Notes: generated from the letters alone by a model not told the origin. Positions 47,847 to 58,013 are shown, counted from the stretch's first letter. The stretch is DNA of 64,000 bases from Berkelbacteria bacterium GW2011_GWA2_35_9 (GCA_000991185.1 LBRB01000001.1:4080-68079), one strand, 5' to 3'. Made by a program: numbers and translations.

Positions 47847-48728
47847 ATGACTAAAATACTTAATGTTTATAATAAGATAAATACCCTTAGAGAAAGATAC
47901 TACAAAGCCTCAGCTGGTAAAGAATCGTTGATTTCTCTAATTCTTGAAACTGAAGTGGCGGAGCAGGTATATAACTCAAATGCGATAGAGAATAGCACCC
48001 TTAGCCTTGAAGAAACAGAAAAAATATTACTCCAGATTGACTTAGACAGGTATATTACTGAGCGAGAAATATTTGAAGCAAAAAACCTTGCTCGAGTCGT
48101 ATCGTATATTGAAACAAGAGCCAAAGAACAAGAACTAACTCTTGATGTGATCTTATTACTTCACAAAATGTTGATTACTAATATTAGGGATGAGGTTGCT
48201 GGAAGATTCAGAAATGATAACGAATTTGTCCGAGTCGGAAATCATATTGCCCCTAACCCCAAAGAAGTGTTTAAGCTACTCGATAAAATGCTAGTACAAT
48301 ATAATGGCTCAAGCCACGATAATATAATTAAAAGAATTGCCAGATTTCATCTAGCGTTTGAAAGTATTCACCCATTTGTCGATGGTAATGGTCGTATTGG
48401 AAGAGTTCTAAATAATTATTTGTTAATTAGGGAAGGGTTTGTCCCAATCAACATTAAATTTATTGACCGAAAAAAATATTATAATGCTTTTAAAGAGTTT
48501 GATAACAATGGCTCAACGAGCATTATGGAAGAGATCGTTGGGAGAGCGTTAACTAATAGTTATTACAAAAGATTGGCTTATCTAGAAGGTAAAAAGATTA
48601 TTACTCTGTCAAACTACGCTAAGGAAAACAAATTATCTCATTCCAACCTAATTAACAAAGCCAACCGGCAGACTATCGAAGCGTTTCTAGAAAAAAATAT
48701 CTGGAAAATCACCAAGGATTATAAGTAA
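47847..48728 (+). CDS. Fic/Doc-family protein (class II)
   Basis: HPFVDGNGRIGR active motif, SNAIEN inhibitory motif; start reassigned to ATG 47847 from the promoter position. Confidence 0.92.
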   Translation: MTKILNVYNKINTLRERYYKASAGKESLISLILETEVAEQVYNSNAIENSTLSLEETEKILLQIDLDRYITEREIFEAKNLARVVSYIETRAKEQELTLDVILLLHKMLITNIRDEVAGRFRNDNEFVRVGNHIAPNPKEVFKLLDKMLVQYNGSSHDNIIKRIARFHLAFESIHPFVDGNGRIGRVLNNYLLIREGFVPINIKFIDRKKYYNAFKEFDNNGSTSIMEEIVGRALTNSYYKRLAYLEGKKIITLSNYAKENKLSHSNLINKANRQTIEAFLEKNIWKITKDYK

Positions 48729-48841
48729 GTAAATCAGCACCCACTTATGTCAATAGAAAAAAATAAAAGATAATAATTACCATGCAACTATCCGAAAACG
48801 AAAAACGGGATATAGAAAATAAATCTTAATATTAAACAACT

Positions 48842-49688
48842 ATGTCAGAAGAACAAAAAAGAATATTGGAAAAACAGTTGTGGGGCGTGGCGAATGCGCT
48901 CCGTGGCAAGATGAACGCCGACGAGTATAAAAACTATATTCTCGGTTTTATTTTCTACAAATACCTGTCCGAAAAGCTTGAGCGCTATGTCAACGAAAAG
49001 ATTATCTCAGGCGAAGATTTCACTTTTGCCCAAATTAAGGAGAAAACCAAACAAGGTCAAGAAGACATTGGGCATATCAAGATCGCCTGTATTGGGCATC
49101 TTGGTTATTTCCTCAAGCCTACTGAATTATTTTCGTATATCGTCAAAAAGGGCAAAGGCGAGATAAAAGATCAACCCAAATTCATCCTTGAAGATATTAA
49201 AAAGATTTTAGATGCGATAGAAAAAACATCTGCCAATACCGACAGCGAAGATGATTTTAAGGGACTTTTTGACGATGTTGACCTGACCTCGACTAAACTT
49301 GGTTCGCGGGAAAGCGAGAAAAACGAAGTTGTCGTGGAAGTGCTAACTCTACTTAGCGGAATTGACTTTAAGCTGGAGGACGCCAAAAGCGACCTACTCG
49401 GCGATGCCTACGAATATCTCATTGGTGAGTTTGCTGCTGGCGCCGGTAAAAAAGGCGGCGAATTTTACACCCCCGCCCAAGTTTCTCGCTTGTTAGCGCA
49501 AATAGTATCGCTCGATAAAAAGCGGCTCAAATCCGCCTACGATGCAACTTGCGGGTCAGGATCTCTTTTGCTCCGTCTTGGCGAGTTTACTGATGTTGTT
49601 AATTACTATGGTCAGGAACTTAACCCGACCACCTACAACCTTGCCCGAATGAATATGATTTTGCACGGTGTCCATTTTGATCATTTGA
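48842..49688 (+). pseudogene. hsdM: Type I restriction-modification subunit M, truncated by IS
   Basis: LWGVANALRG, YILGFIFYKYLS, DLLGDAYEYLI, GEFYTP, YDATCGSGSLL, GQE; ends at the IS TIR before the NPPY motif. Confidence 0.92.
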
Positions 49689-50744
49689 GGCGTAATGTCA
49701 AAATTGGTGGGCTGGTCATAACTTGATTGTGATATAATTGAACCTTAAAATAAAAGTCTAATTACAGGAGATTGTAACAATGAGAAAAAAAATGTCTATA
49801 TTGTGGTTCAAGTAAAACTAAAAAGAACGGTCGAAGATATGACCGCCAATGCTATTTATGCAGAGTCTGTGGCAAACGATTTCAAAGTAAAAATAGATCC
49901 ACTAAATTAGCTCGTGTTATCTGGCACTCATATACCTTCAAGCGACAAAAGCTCTCCGATCTAGCTAAAGATTATGGTAAAAGTATCAATTGGATCAAGA
50001 AGCAGATCAAGTCAGTTGAGATTAAACCCAGGATCAAAGTAGAACTAATTACACCCGAACCTACGGTCATCGTCGTTGACAGCACCTTTTTCAAAAGAGT
50101 CTTTGGTATTATGGTAGTTCGCAGTGTTCATCTTAAACAAAACATCTAACGGAAAGAAATTATTAACGAAACGATTAGTGAATATCTCTTTGCCAGAACC
50201 ACCATCGAACAACAGGGCTGGCTTATTAAGGGAGTTGTTTTGGACGGCAGGATAGGCGCCAAGCGAGTCTTTGCCGATATTCCGGTGCAGATGTGTCAGT
50301 TCCACCAAAAACAGATCATCAACCGTTATTTAACATTAAATCCGATCCTTCCCGCTAGTATTGAGTTGCGAAAGATTGTCCAGTCCTTATGCCAAACTAA
50401 TCTAATTACCTTTACTAACCAATTAGATGCTTGGCAGAAATGGGGAATCTTTATCAAAGAAAAGACCAAGGACACAATTAACCCAAGGAGATGGCACTAC
50501 ACTCACGGAAGAACACGGTCAGCCTATCAAAGCTTAATGACCAATCTGCCTTACTTGTTTACTTACCAGAAGTATCCCGAGCTACACATACCAAACACTA
50601 CCAATTCACTGGATGGCTACTTTTCCCACTTAAAGGAATTAACTAAGTTACATAGAGGATTAAACAAGCAAACAAAAAGAAAAATGATTAAAGAAATATT
50701 AGCTAAAAATAGCTAAAACAGCCCACCAATTTTGACATTACGCC
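49689..50744 (+). mobile_element. IS256-family insertion sequence (Zn-binding variant), 1056 bp, inactive
   Basis: Perfect 26-bp TIRs GGCGTAATGTCAAAATTGGTGGGCTG at 49689-714 and 50719-744; no target duplication. Confidence 0.88.
49780..50716 (+). pseudogene. IS256/MULE-like transposase pseudogene
   Basis: CLYC..CRVC Zn finger, VVDSTFF, VLDG, QMCQFHQ, NTTNSLDGYF; frameshift in the A8 run after the ATG and in-frame TAA at 50147. Confidence 0.85.
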
Positions 50745-50751
50745 ACTATTT

Positions 50752-51852
50752 ATGGAAATTGAACAATTAATAAATAAACAGGGGGAAATTGTGAACAAAC
50801 CTAAAAGACAATGGTTAAAGTGGATAGGAGTTCTCGTATTAATACTGATAGTGCTTTCTGCTATGGAGCATTTTGGATTGGTGCCGAAAAAACCGGAAGT
50901 ACAGATTTCGGCGCTCGGGAAAAAACAAATCAACTGCCAGCGAACTTTTACGCCTAAATACTCAAGCGGACCTTACTACAACGGACCATTGTTTGACGAC
51001 CACTTTCATCTGCCATTTTCGCCCGGGATGCGATCTTTTTTTGTTAAAATGCCGACACTTGGCGAAGGCAAAGATGTAACTATAAACGAAATTCTCTGCA
51101 ATTTTGACCGGGAAAAATCCAGTGGTGCGTTGACTTTCTATATGCCAAAAAGCACCAATAAAGTAACCATCCCGCAAGCCAATGAAATTAAAAACTACAC
51201 AGATAAAATTAATTTGTTTGTCTCACCAGCTATAATCAAGCCCAAAGATTTAGAAAAAATCATTAAAGAAAATCCGGGTCTATTTGTGGGTATTGGCGAG
51301 ATCGGTTTTTATGAGTTTACCAACAAATGGCGACCGATAAATGGCAGATGGGCGAATGAAATCTACAATATTTCCGATACATACAATTTGCCGGTGATGA
51401 TCCACTCGGGAAAGGGTCAGCAGGAACAGGTTGAAAATGTGTTAGCTAGTTATCCGAATGTGACATTTCTCTTGCACGGGCACGAAAGTGCGCAATATAT
51501 TACCGAGCTGATGGGAACCTTCACAAATATTTACTATTCCGTCGATGGCGCTTCGCTCTACTCAATGCGAGGAGCGATGGTCAGATCGGGCTACGACGAT
51601 TATGTTGCCGGATTCAAAAATGAGTTTACATCGCTTATTGACGAAGGAATCAGTTTTTGGCGCGACAAGATAGGCGAATATCCAGACCGATTCATACTTG
51701 GCACTGACCGTGGTGGCACAGGACATTACAGCGAGGAGTTTAGTCAGCTGACAGAAGAATTTTCACGAGCATTTATCGGCGGACTCGACAAAAGCGTCCA
51801 AGAAAAATTTGCTCATCAAAATGCAGAAAAGTTTTTGAATATTAATAAATAA
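50752..51852 (+). CDS. Amidohydrolase-family metalloenzyme with N-terminal TM anchor
   Basis: DDHFH, GIGEIG, PVMIHSG, LLHG, RFILGTD, NAEKFL. Confidence 0.82.
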   Translation: MEIEQLINKQGEIVNKPKRQWLKWIGVLVLILIVLSAMEHFGLVPKKPEVQISALGKKQINCQRTFTPKYSSGPYYNGPLFDDHFHLPFSPGMRSFFVKMPTLGEGKDVTINEILCNFDREKSSGALTFYMPKSTNKVTIPQANEIKNYTDKINLFVSPAIIKPKDLEKIIKENPGLFVGIGEIGFYEFTNKWRPINGRWANEIYNISDTYNLPVMIHSGKGQQEQVENVLASYPNVTFLLHGHESAQYITELMGTFTNIYYSVDGASLYSMRGAMVRSGYDDYVAGFKNEFTSLIDEGISFWRDKIGEYPDRFILGTDRGGTGHYSEEFSQLTEEFSRAFIGGLDKSVQEKFAHQNAEKFLNINK

Positions 51853-51958
51853 TATCGTTATAATCCTTATAAACAAACGGTACTATGCTATATAGTAGAG
51901 TACCAAACATATTTTTCTCAGTTCTTTTCTATGCTGTTTAATACTTATCTCAAAACTC

Positions 51959-52351
51959 TTACCGTTTTGACCATTGTGGGGCTTTGCGAGCACTTTTGAG
52001 TCCCGGTTTTTTGCGTTCTTTTTCTCTCGAATCACGAGTTAAATAGCCAAGTTTTCTAAGAGTTGGCTTTAAAGTTTCGTCATAATCAACTAGAGCACGA
52101 GCTATTCCCATTGTAATGGCATCTTTTTGTGAGCTGAACCCCCCACCTTTTGTAATAATTGAAATTGAAAATTTGCTATCCATACCAACCGATTTAAAAA
52201 CATCCTCAATATATTTATCAAAATTATCAATTTCTTTTTTATTGATGGTTGAAGTTCTTTTTGATTTATAAATACGGACAGTTGCAACAGTTCTTTTTCT
52301 TCTTCCAGTGCCTTGATAATATTGTCTCTTTACATTTTTAGTTTCAGTCAT
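51959..52351 (-). CDS. rpsI: 30S ribosomal protein S9
   Basis: GTGRRK, GGGFSSQ, ERKKPGLKSARKAPQWSKR. Confidence 0.97.
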   Translation of the reverse strand: MTETKNVKRQYYQGTGRRKRTVATVRIYKSKRTSTINKKEIDNFDKYIEDVFKSVGMDSKFSISIITKGGGFSSQKDAITMGIARALVDYDETLKPTLRKLGYLTRDSREKERKKPGLKSARKAPQWSKR

Positions 52352-52730
52352 TTTTAACAAATTTTAATCTTTTTAACCAATTATCTTTCAAGCGATTGTC
52401 TGGTAACATTCCGGAAACAGCTTTGTATAAAACTTTTTCAGTATTATTTTTAAACAAATCTTTTAATTTTGTCTCTTTTAAGTTACCAATATATCCACTA
52501 TGTCGATAATATATTTTTTGATTAATTTTATTACCGCTGAATTTTAATTTGTTTACATTCGAAACAAAAACTGTATCACCGCAGTCAGCATTAGGTGTAT
52601 AACTAGTTTTATTTTTCCCCCTCAATAAAACAGCGATTTGTACAGCTAATCTTCCCAAATAAATTCCAGTGGCATCGATATCATGCCTAATTCGGTTAAT
52701 TTTAGTAATTGGTTTGGTAGCTTTTATCAT
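52344..52730 (-). CDS. rplM: 50S ribosomal protein L13
   Basis: LGRLA, RGKNK.YTPNADCGD, YYRHSGYIG, GMLP. Confidence 0.97.
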   Translation of the reverse strand: MIKATKPITKINRIRHDIDATGIYLGRLAVQIAVLLRGKNKTSYTPNADCGDTVFVSNVNKLKFSGNKINQKIYYRHSGYIGNLKETKLKDLFKNNTEKVLYKAVSGMLPDNRLKDNWLKRLKFVKND

Positions 52731-53167
52731 TTATTATTTTTAGTTTTTTTCAAAATCTTCTTTGAACTTTTTTCAGACATTTCTTTTTCTTCTTTAACCT
52801 CAGCCAGTTTGACCAAATCAGGGTTAATTTTCAACATTGCTAATTCTGCCCCGTCTCCTTTTCTAGTGTTTAGATTATACTTGAAAACAAATTTATCATT
52901 ATTTTTCAAATTAGGTTGATAAACTTCAATTAATTTGTCAATTACATTCTTCCCGATTAAATATTTTTTTAAATATCTTATTAAATTAACATTATTATCT
53001 GAATTTTTTATTCGTGATAACAATTTTTCAGTGATTGGCTTGATCGCTTTAATTTTCGCTTTAGTAGAAGTGATTTTCTCATACAAAAATAACGACGTTA
53101 GCATATTTTTTACCAACAAGCGTCGATGACCGATTTTTCGTGATAATTTTTGATGAGTTGGAAGCAT
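52727..53167 (-). CDS. rplQ: 50S ribosomal protein L17
   Basis: KLSRKIGHR, ITSTKAK, RKGDGAELA. Confidence 0.93.
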   Translation of the reverse strand: MLPTHQKLSRKIGHRRLLVKNMLTSLFLYEKITSTKAKIKAIKPITEKLLSRIKNSDNNVNLIRYLKKYLIGKNVIDKLIEVYQPNLKNNDKFVFKYNLNTRKGDGAELAMLKINPDLVKLAEVKEEKEMSEKSSKKILKKTKNNK

Positions 53168-53172
53168 CTTTG

Positions 53173-53913
53173 TTATTTAGTTTTCTTGGTTGTTTTTTTA
53201 GTTGCCTTTTTCTTTTCTGGTTGAGATATATTTTCCAAAATAACATTCAAGTGTTCGCAAATAACTTGGCAAGACTTTGATAGAATTACATCCGGCGTCA
53301 CTGAACCATCGCTTGAAATTGACAATATCAACTTATCATAGTTGGTATCTTGTCCGACACGAGTGTTCTCAACATCAAAGCTAATTTTTCGAATTGGAGT
53401 GAAATTAGCATCAATTGCAATCATACCGAATTCAAGAGCACTACTATCTCTATTTTCGGTAGGCAAATAACCTTTGCCAGTTTCAACAACAGCTTCAATT
53501 TCTAGCTTTGCACCTTTATCTAAAGTTGCGATCGGTTGTTCTGGATCAATAATTTCAATATCAGCATTCTTTTTGAAATCTTTAGCAGAAACTTTTTTTG
53601 CACCGCTAACGGATAATTTAATTGTAACTGGATCGTTGGTGAATTTCTTCATCCGTAATTGTTTTAAATTCAAAATAATTTCAATGACATCTTCTTTTAC
53701 GCCTTTGATCGAAGAAAATTCGTGGGTGACATTATTTATTTTTATTGAAGTTATTGCATTGCCTTCAATTGAACTTAGTGCTACACGACGAATAGCATTA
53801 CCTAAAGTTACACCGTAGCCAGGCAAAAGTGGATCTAAAACAAAAACTCCTTCATTGTCTTTCAGACTTTCTGTTTTAAATTTTAAATAATCCATTTCTT
53901 TTAATATAGGCAT
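53173..53913 (-). CDS. rpoA: RNA polymerase alpha subunit, NTD only
   Basis: PLLPGYGVTLGNAIRR, HEFSSIKGVKEDV, IDANFTP, TRVGQ.T.YDKL; ends in a Lys-rich tail at 246 aa. Confidence 0.96.
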   Translation of the reverse strand: MPILKEMDYLKFKTESLKDNEGVFVLDPLLPGYGVTLGNAIRRVALSSIEGNAITSIKINNVTHEFSSIKGVKEDVIEIILNLKQLRMKKFTNDPVTIKLSVSGAKKVSAKDFKKNADIEIIDPEQPIATLDKGAKLEIEAVVETGKGYLPTENRDSSALEFGMIAIDANFTPIRKISFDVENTRVGQDTNYDKLILSISSDGSVTPDVILSKSCQVICEHLNVILENISQPEKKKATKKTTKKTK

Positions 53914-53931
53914 ATATTTCCTTTCTTTTTA

Positions 53932-54531
53932 TTATCGATTATAAAACTCTACGATAAGTTGTTCGTTAAGATCGAACGGAGCGTTTTCTCTGTTCGGTAG
54001 CTTAACAACCGTAATACTTTTTTTATTTTTATCTATTTTTAACCAATTTGGAATTTCGTTATCTTGAAGTTCCAATTTATCTTTATCAGCTTGTTTACGA
54101 ATAGTCAAAACATCACCTTTGTCAATAATAATTGAAGGTATATTAACTTTCTTGTCGTTTAGGTAGAACTTAGCATGAGAAACCATTTGCCGACCATGAA
54201 GTCGAGATTTAGCAAAACTGGCACGATAAACAACATTATCCAATCGTCTTTCAAGCAATGTTAAAAGTAACTCACCAGTTGCTTTTGGATCTTTTGAAGC
54301 AATTTTGAAAAATCTTCGGAATGGTTTTTCTCTTAATCCATAAATAAATTTAGCTTTTTGTTTTTCAGCTAACTGTAATCCATAGTCAGATAATTTTCTT
54401 CTAAATTTCTTACCATGTTGACCAGGAATATAGGGTCTTTTAGATAGTATTTTCTGTTGTTTAGCAGAAATTGCGATCTTTAGTGATCGTGCCTTTTTTA
54501 ACTGTGATGGATAAACTTTACTTTTTGGCAT
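53932..54531 (-). CDS. rpsD: 30S ribosomal protein S4
   Basis: PGQHG, SDYGLQLAEKQK, LERRLDNVVYR, LIVEFYNR. Confidence 0.97.
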   Translation of the reverse strand: MPKSKVYPSQLKKARSLKIAISAKQQKILSKRPYIPGQHGKKFRRKLSDYGLQLAEKQKAKFIYGLREKPFRRFFKIASKDPKATGELLLTLLERRLDNVVYRASFAKSRLHGRQMVSHAKFYLNDKKVNIPSIIIDKGDVLTIRKQADKDKLELQDNEIPNWLKIDKNKKSITVVKLPNRENAPFDLNEQLIVEFYNR

Positions 54532-54908
54532 TATACTCTCCTCGGTTTTTTAGGTCTTGGTCCGTTGTGTGGAATTGGGGTCGTGTCTTTAATTTTTGTA
54601 ATCTTTAAACCAGTTGAAGCGATGGCTCTAACAGCTGCGTCTCGACCAGATCCGACACCCTTAACATAAACTTCAATTTCTTTTAAACCCAGCGCTAATG
54701 CTTTATCGAGCGCTATTTTAGTGGCTGATCCAGATGCAAATGGAGTTGATTTTTTTGTGCCTTTAAAACCCGAACTACCGGCAGTTGCCCACGAAATGAC
54801 ATTTCCCTTAATATCAGTAATTGAAATTATAGTATTGTTAAACGAAGCAGAAATGAATATCTTTCCACTATTAACTATTTTAACAACTTTTTTTTGATTT
54901 TTTTTCAT
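54531..54908 (-). CDS. rpsK: 30S ribosomal protein S11
   Basis: ASFNNTII, GFKGTKKSTPFA, DTTPIPHNG. Confidence 0.98.
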   Translation of the reverse strand: MKKNQKKVVKIVNSGKIFISASFNNTIISITDIKGNVISWATAGSSGFKGTKKSTPFASGSATKIALDKALALGLKEIEVYVKGVGSGRDAAVRAIASTGLKITKIKDTTPIPHNGPRPKKPRRV

Positions 54909-54923
54909 ATAATCATTTAATTA

Positions 54924-55313
54924 TTAAGTCTTTTCCGCCGCTTTCTTACGACCTGATCCAACGGTAACTTTCTTTCCTCTTTTGGTTCGAGCGTTGGTTT
55001 TAGTTCTTTGACCCCTAACCGGCAGTCCTTTATTGTGTCTCGACCCACGATATGATTGGATATCTTTTAATAATCGAATATTTTGTGAAATATCAATTTT
55101 TAAATCGTTTTCAACTCGGTAACCATTATCAATAATAAGTTTAATCTTTGCCACATCATCGTCAGTCAAATCTTTTACTCGAGTATCTGGATTAATATTA
55201 GCAGAAGATAAAATAGTCGAAGCATTTTTATAGCCAACTCCAAATATTTTTGGAAGAGCAGCTTCCACTCGTTTATCTGAATCTAATATAACTCCTGAAA
55301 TTCTAACTGTCAT
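54924..55313 (-). CDS. rpsM: 30S ribosomal protein S13
   Basis: SYRGSRH..GLPVRGQRTKTNART. Confidence 0.98.
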   Translation of the reverse strand: MTVRISGVILDSDKRVEAALPKIFGVGYKNASTILSSANINPDTRVKDLTDDDVAKIKLIIDNGYRVENDLKIDISQNIRLLKDIQSYRGSRHNKGLPVRGQRTKTNARTKRGKKVTVGSGRKKAAEKT

Positions 55314-55315
55314 AT

Positions 55316-55429
55316 TTATCCTTGTCTTTGTTTGTGTCGAGGATCTTCACAGATAACGAAGACTATTCGTCGACGACGAATAATTCGACATTTATTGCAC
55401 CTTTTTTTTACTGATGGTTTAACTTTCAT
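55316..55429 (-). CDS. rpmJ: 50S ribosomal protein L36 (not in ORF track)
   Basis: [37 protein letters not shown]. Confidence 0.96.
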   Translation of the reverse strand: MKVKPSVKKRCNKCRIIRRRRIVFVICEDPRHKQRQG

Positions 55430-55431
55430 AT

Positions 55432-55647
55432 TTATATTCTTCTAATAATACGACCCTTAGTCAGATTGTAAAGTGAAAATTCCACTAAAACCCGATCACC
55501 AACTGTAACTTTGATGTAATTTTTTCTCATTTTTCCGGACAAAATCCCTAATACTTTTTGTCCGTTTTCGAGGATAACACGAAAAATTGTGTTGGGAAGA
55601 GATTCTTCAACCACACCCTCTAACGTAATAACTTCTTTTTTACTCAT
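55432..55647 (-). CDS. infA: Translation initiation factor IF-1
   Basis: [27 protein letters not shown]. Confidence 0.97.
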   Translation of the reverse strand: MSKKEVITLEGVVEESLPNTIFRVILENGQKVLGILSGKMRKNYIKVTVGDRVLVEFSLYNLTKGRIIRRI

Positions 55648-55729
55648 TTAGCTTTATTTAATATATCAAATTATTCTCAACTTGTCAACCAAAACTATAT
55701 CTGTTGGACAATAAATATGAAATATTTGA

Positions 55730-56467
55730 TTATGTAATAATCTCAACACCATTTTGTGTAACTATTACAGTATGTTCAAAATGGGCTGATTTATCATTAT
55801 TTTTAGTTTTAATCGACCATTTATTTTTGTTGATTATTTTTTCAGACTTTAGAGAAAACATTGGCTCGATTGCTAAAACATCGCCAGATTTAATCTCAAT
55901 CCCATGATTTTTAACTCCAAAATTATAAATTGTTGGTTTCTCATGAACAGCTTTACCAGTACCATGACCGGATAAATCTTGGATAACTTTTAATTTAGCT
56001 TGCTCAGCTGTTTGGGCAATAATATTTCCAATATCACCCGTTTTTACACCTGGTTTGATGATCTTAATTGCATTGTTTAGCGCTTTTTGCGTCGCTTGGC
56101 ATAAGATTTTATCCTGATTATCTTGAGAAAAATTGAGGGTTATTGCTCCATCTGTAAACATATCATTATAAATAATACCTAAATCTATCGAGACTAAATC
56201 TCCCGATTTAATACAATAATCAAACGGAATGCCGTGAACAATAGTATCATTTACAGACAAACAAACTGAAGAAGGAAATCCATCATAACCCTTGAAAGAT
56301 GCAGTTGCATATTGTTCGCAAATAGTCTTATCAACAAAATTTTCTATTTCAAGTAAATTCGTTCCGATTTTAACAGATTTTTTTAAATTTTCTAATATGT
56401 TTCTCAAGATTTTTCCACTAATTTTGAGATCGTTATACGCCTGTGAATCGATTTTTATATTTGCCAT
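55730..56467 (-). CDS. map: Methionine aminopeptidase type I
   Basis: SVNDTIVHGIP, DLG, GHG.G..VHE, AIEPM, SAHFEHTV. Confidence 0.96.
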   Translation of the reverse strand: MANIKIDSQAYNDLKISGKILRNILENLKKSVKIGTNLLEIENFVDKTICEQYATASFKGYDGFPSSVCLSVNDTIVHGIPFDYCIKSGDLVSIDLGIIYNDMFTDGAITLNFSQDNQDKILCQATQKALNNAIKIIKPGVKTGDIGNIIAQTAEQAKLKVIQDLSGHGTGKAVHEKPTIYNFGVKNHGIEIKSGDVLAIEPMFSLKSEKIINKNKWSIKTKNNDKSAHFEHTVIVTQNGVEIIT

Positions 56468-57123
56468 CAGTTTTTTAGTACTTTTTTTATAGATCGATCA
56501 ATCTCTAAAGCAATATTTTTAATTGTTTTTGCTCCATTAAATTCTAATACTTTATTATCATCAGATAATTTATCAATTACTGGCTGGGTTTGTTTTTCAT
56601 AAATTTCAAACCTTTTAGAAATTGCTTTACCATTATCATCATCTCTTTTTTCTAGTTTTATATGACATTTTTTACACTCAAACACTTTGTCAATTGATTT
56701 TGAATATGTATTTTCACACTTTGGGCAAATTAACCGATCGGCAATTCTTTCTTTGGCAATTTTTTGACTCAGACTCAAATGAATTACAACTATTTCATCC
56801 ATTTCTAAATATTTTTTAATTTTAAATATTATTCCTAATTGTTTTATTCTTCTAGGAAAACCATCAAAAATAATATTGTGTGGGTGACCGATCTTTTTTA
56901 TTTGATTAAAAATAATTTTTGAAAATATACGATCCGGAATCATTTTACCAACTGTAGCATAGGATTTAACGCTTTTACCAATTTTTGAATTAGATTCAAT
57001 CTCTTTTCTAATCAATTCTCCGGCTTCGATGATTGGAATATGATGTTTGGTTGCCAAAATATTTGCTTGAGTTCCCTTACCACTACCTTGTATACCTAAA
57101 AATATAATTATTCTTTTTTTCAT
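56467..57123 (-). CDS. adk: Adenylate kinase with Zn-binding lid
   Basis: GIQGSGKGTQA, DGFPR, CPKC..CKKC, RDDD. Confidence 0.93.
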   Translation of the reverse strand: MKKRIIIFLGIQGSGKGTQANILATKHHIPIIEAGELIRKEIESNSKIGKSVKSYATVGKMIPDRIFSKIIFNQIKKIGHPHNIIFDGFPRRIKQLGIIFKIKKYLEMDEIVVIHLSLSQKIAKERIADRLICPKCENTYSKSIDKVFECKKCHIKLEKRDDDNGKAISKRFEIYEKQTQPVIDKLSDDNKVLEFNGAKTIKNIALEIDRSIKKVLKN

Positions 57124-58013
57124 TCAATCTTAATTAAATATTTACCAGCAGTTATCTCACTGCTTTTTCCATCTAACATTGAAAATATTTTATCATCTTT
57201 TGTATAGAAAATATATTGATTAAAATTAATAAATGATTCGATTTTAGCTTCAAGTATTTCGCTATTAATTTTTGATTCAATATTATAGGCAAATAATTTG
57301 TTGTTATTTAAATAATAGATATTATTATTGTAAATATAAAAATCATCTGGCTTTTGATTAAGTTCAGCAATTAAATTTTTATTATTGTTTTTTAATTCGA
57401 CTGAATAAATTTCAAAAATGTTACTACGATCAACTACATAATAAAGCATTTTTTTATCAATCAAGAGATTAAATGGATTTAAGCTTTCATTGGCGATTTC
57501 CTCTTTATTCTTACCACTTAAATTTATAGTAAAAATTTTGTAACCGATACTTCTCTCGGCGTTTGAATATTCAGTATAAGCAATATTTTCACTCCCAAGC
57601 TCAAGATTATCTTTATTAAAATTAGATACCGTCAAAATTTTTTTACCGCTTGAGTTTAATGAAACTGTATACAAATTATCAACGTTGTCTTTACTCATTA
57701 CAATAAATAATTTATCGTTATTAATTCCCAGTACTTTTGTTACTTTTTCTTTTTCATCAGCGTCAGTAAAAATGACATTTTTATTCTGACCATCATATTT
57801 ATATATATCGGTTCTGACATTATCTTTATTATAAAAATAAATACTTTTGTATTCGACTGACTTGTTTACAGATGTGCTTTGTGTATTTTCAATATTTGCT
57901 TGTAAGGGTGTATTTGTTTCAGAACTTTTTTGGTTTTTAAAAAAACCAAAAAATAATATTAGAATTGAAATCAGAAAAAAAATATAGAGATATTGATTTT
58001 TAGTAGATTTCAT
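57120..58013 (-). CDS. Membrane-anchored hypothetical beta-propeller-like protein
   Basis: N-terminal TM, repeated IYY/IYS beta-strand units; overlaps both secY and adk. Confidence 0.65.
   Translation of the reverse strand: MKSTKNQYLYIFFLISILILFFGFFKNQKSSETNTPLQANIENTQSTSVNKSVEYKSIYFYNKDNVRTDIYKYDGQNKNVIFTDADEKEKVTKVLGINNDKLFIVMSKDNVDNLYTVSLNSSGKKILTVSNFNKDNLELGSENIAYTEYSNAERSIGYKIFTINLSGKNKEEIANESLNPFNLLIDKKMLYYVVDRSNIFEIYSVELKNNNKNLIAELNQKPDDFYIYNNNIYYLNNNKLFAYNIESKINSEILEAKIESFINFNQYIFYTKDDKIFSMLDGKSSEITAGKYLIKIE

Noticed and set aside
49780-49795. Programmed frameshift activating the transposase
   Set aside because: Even if the A8 run slips, the in-frame TAA at 50147 interrupts the catalytic domain
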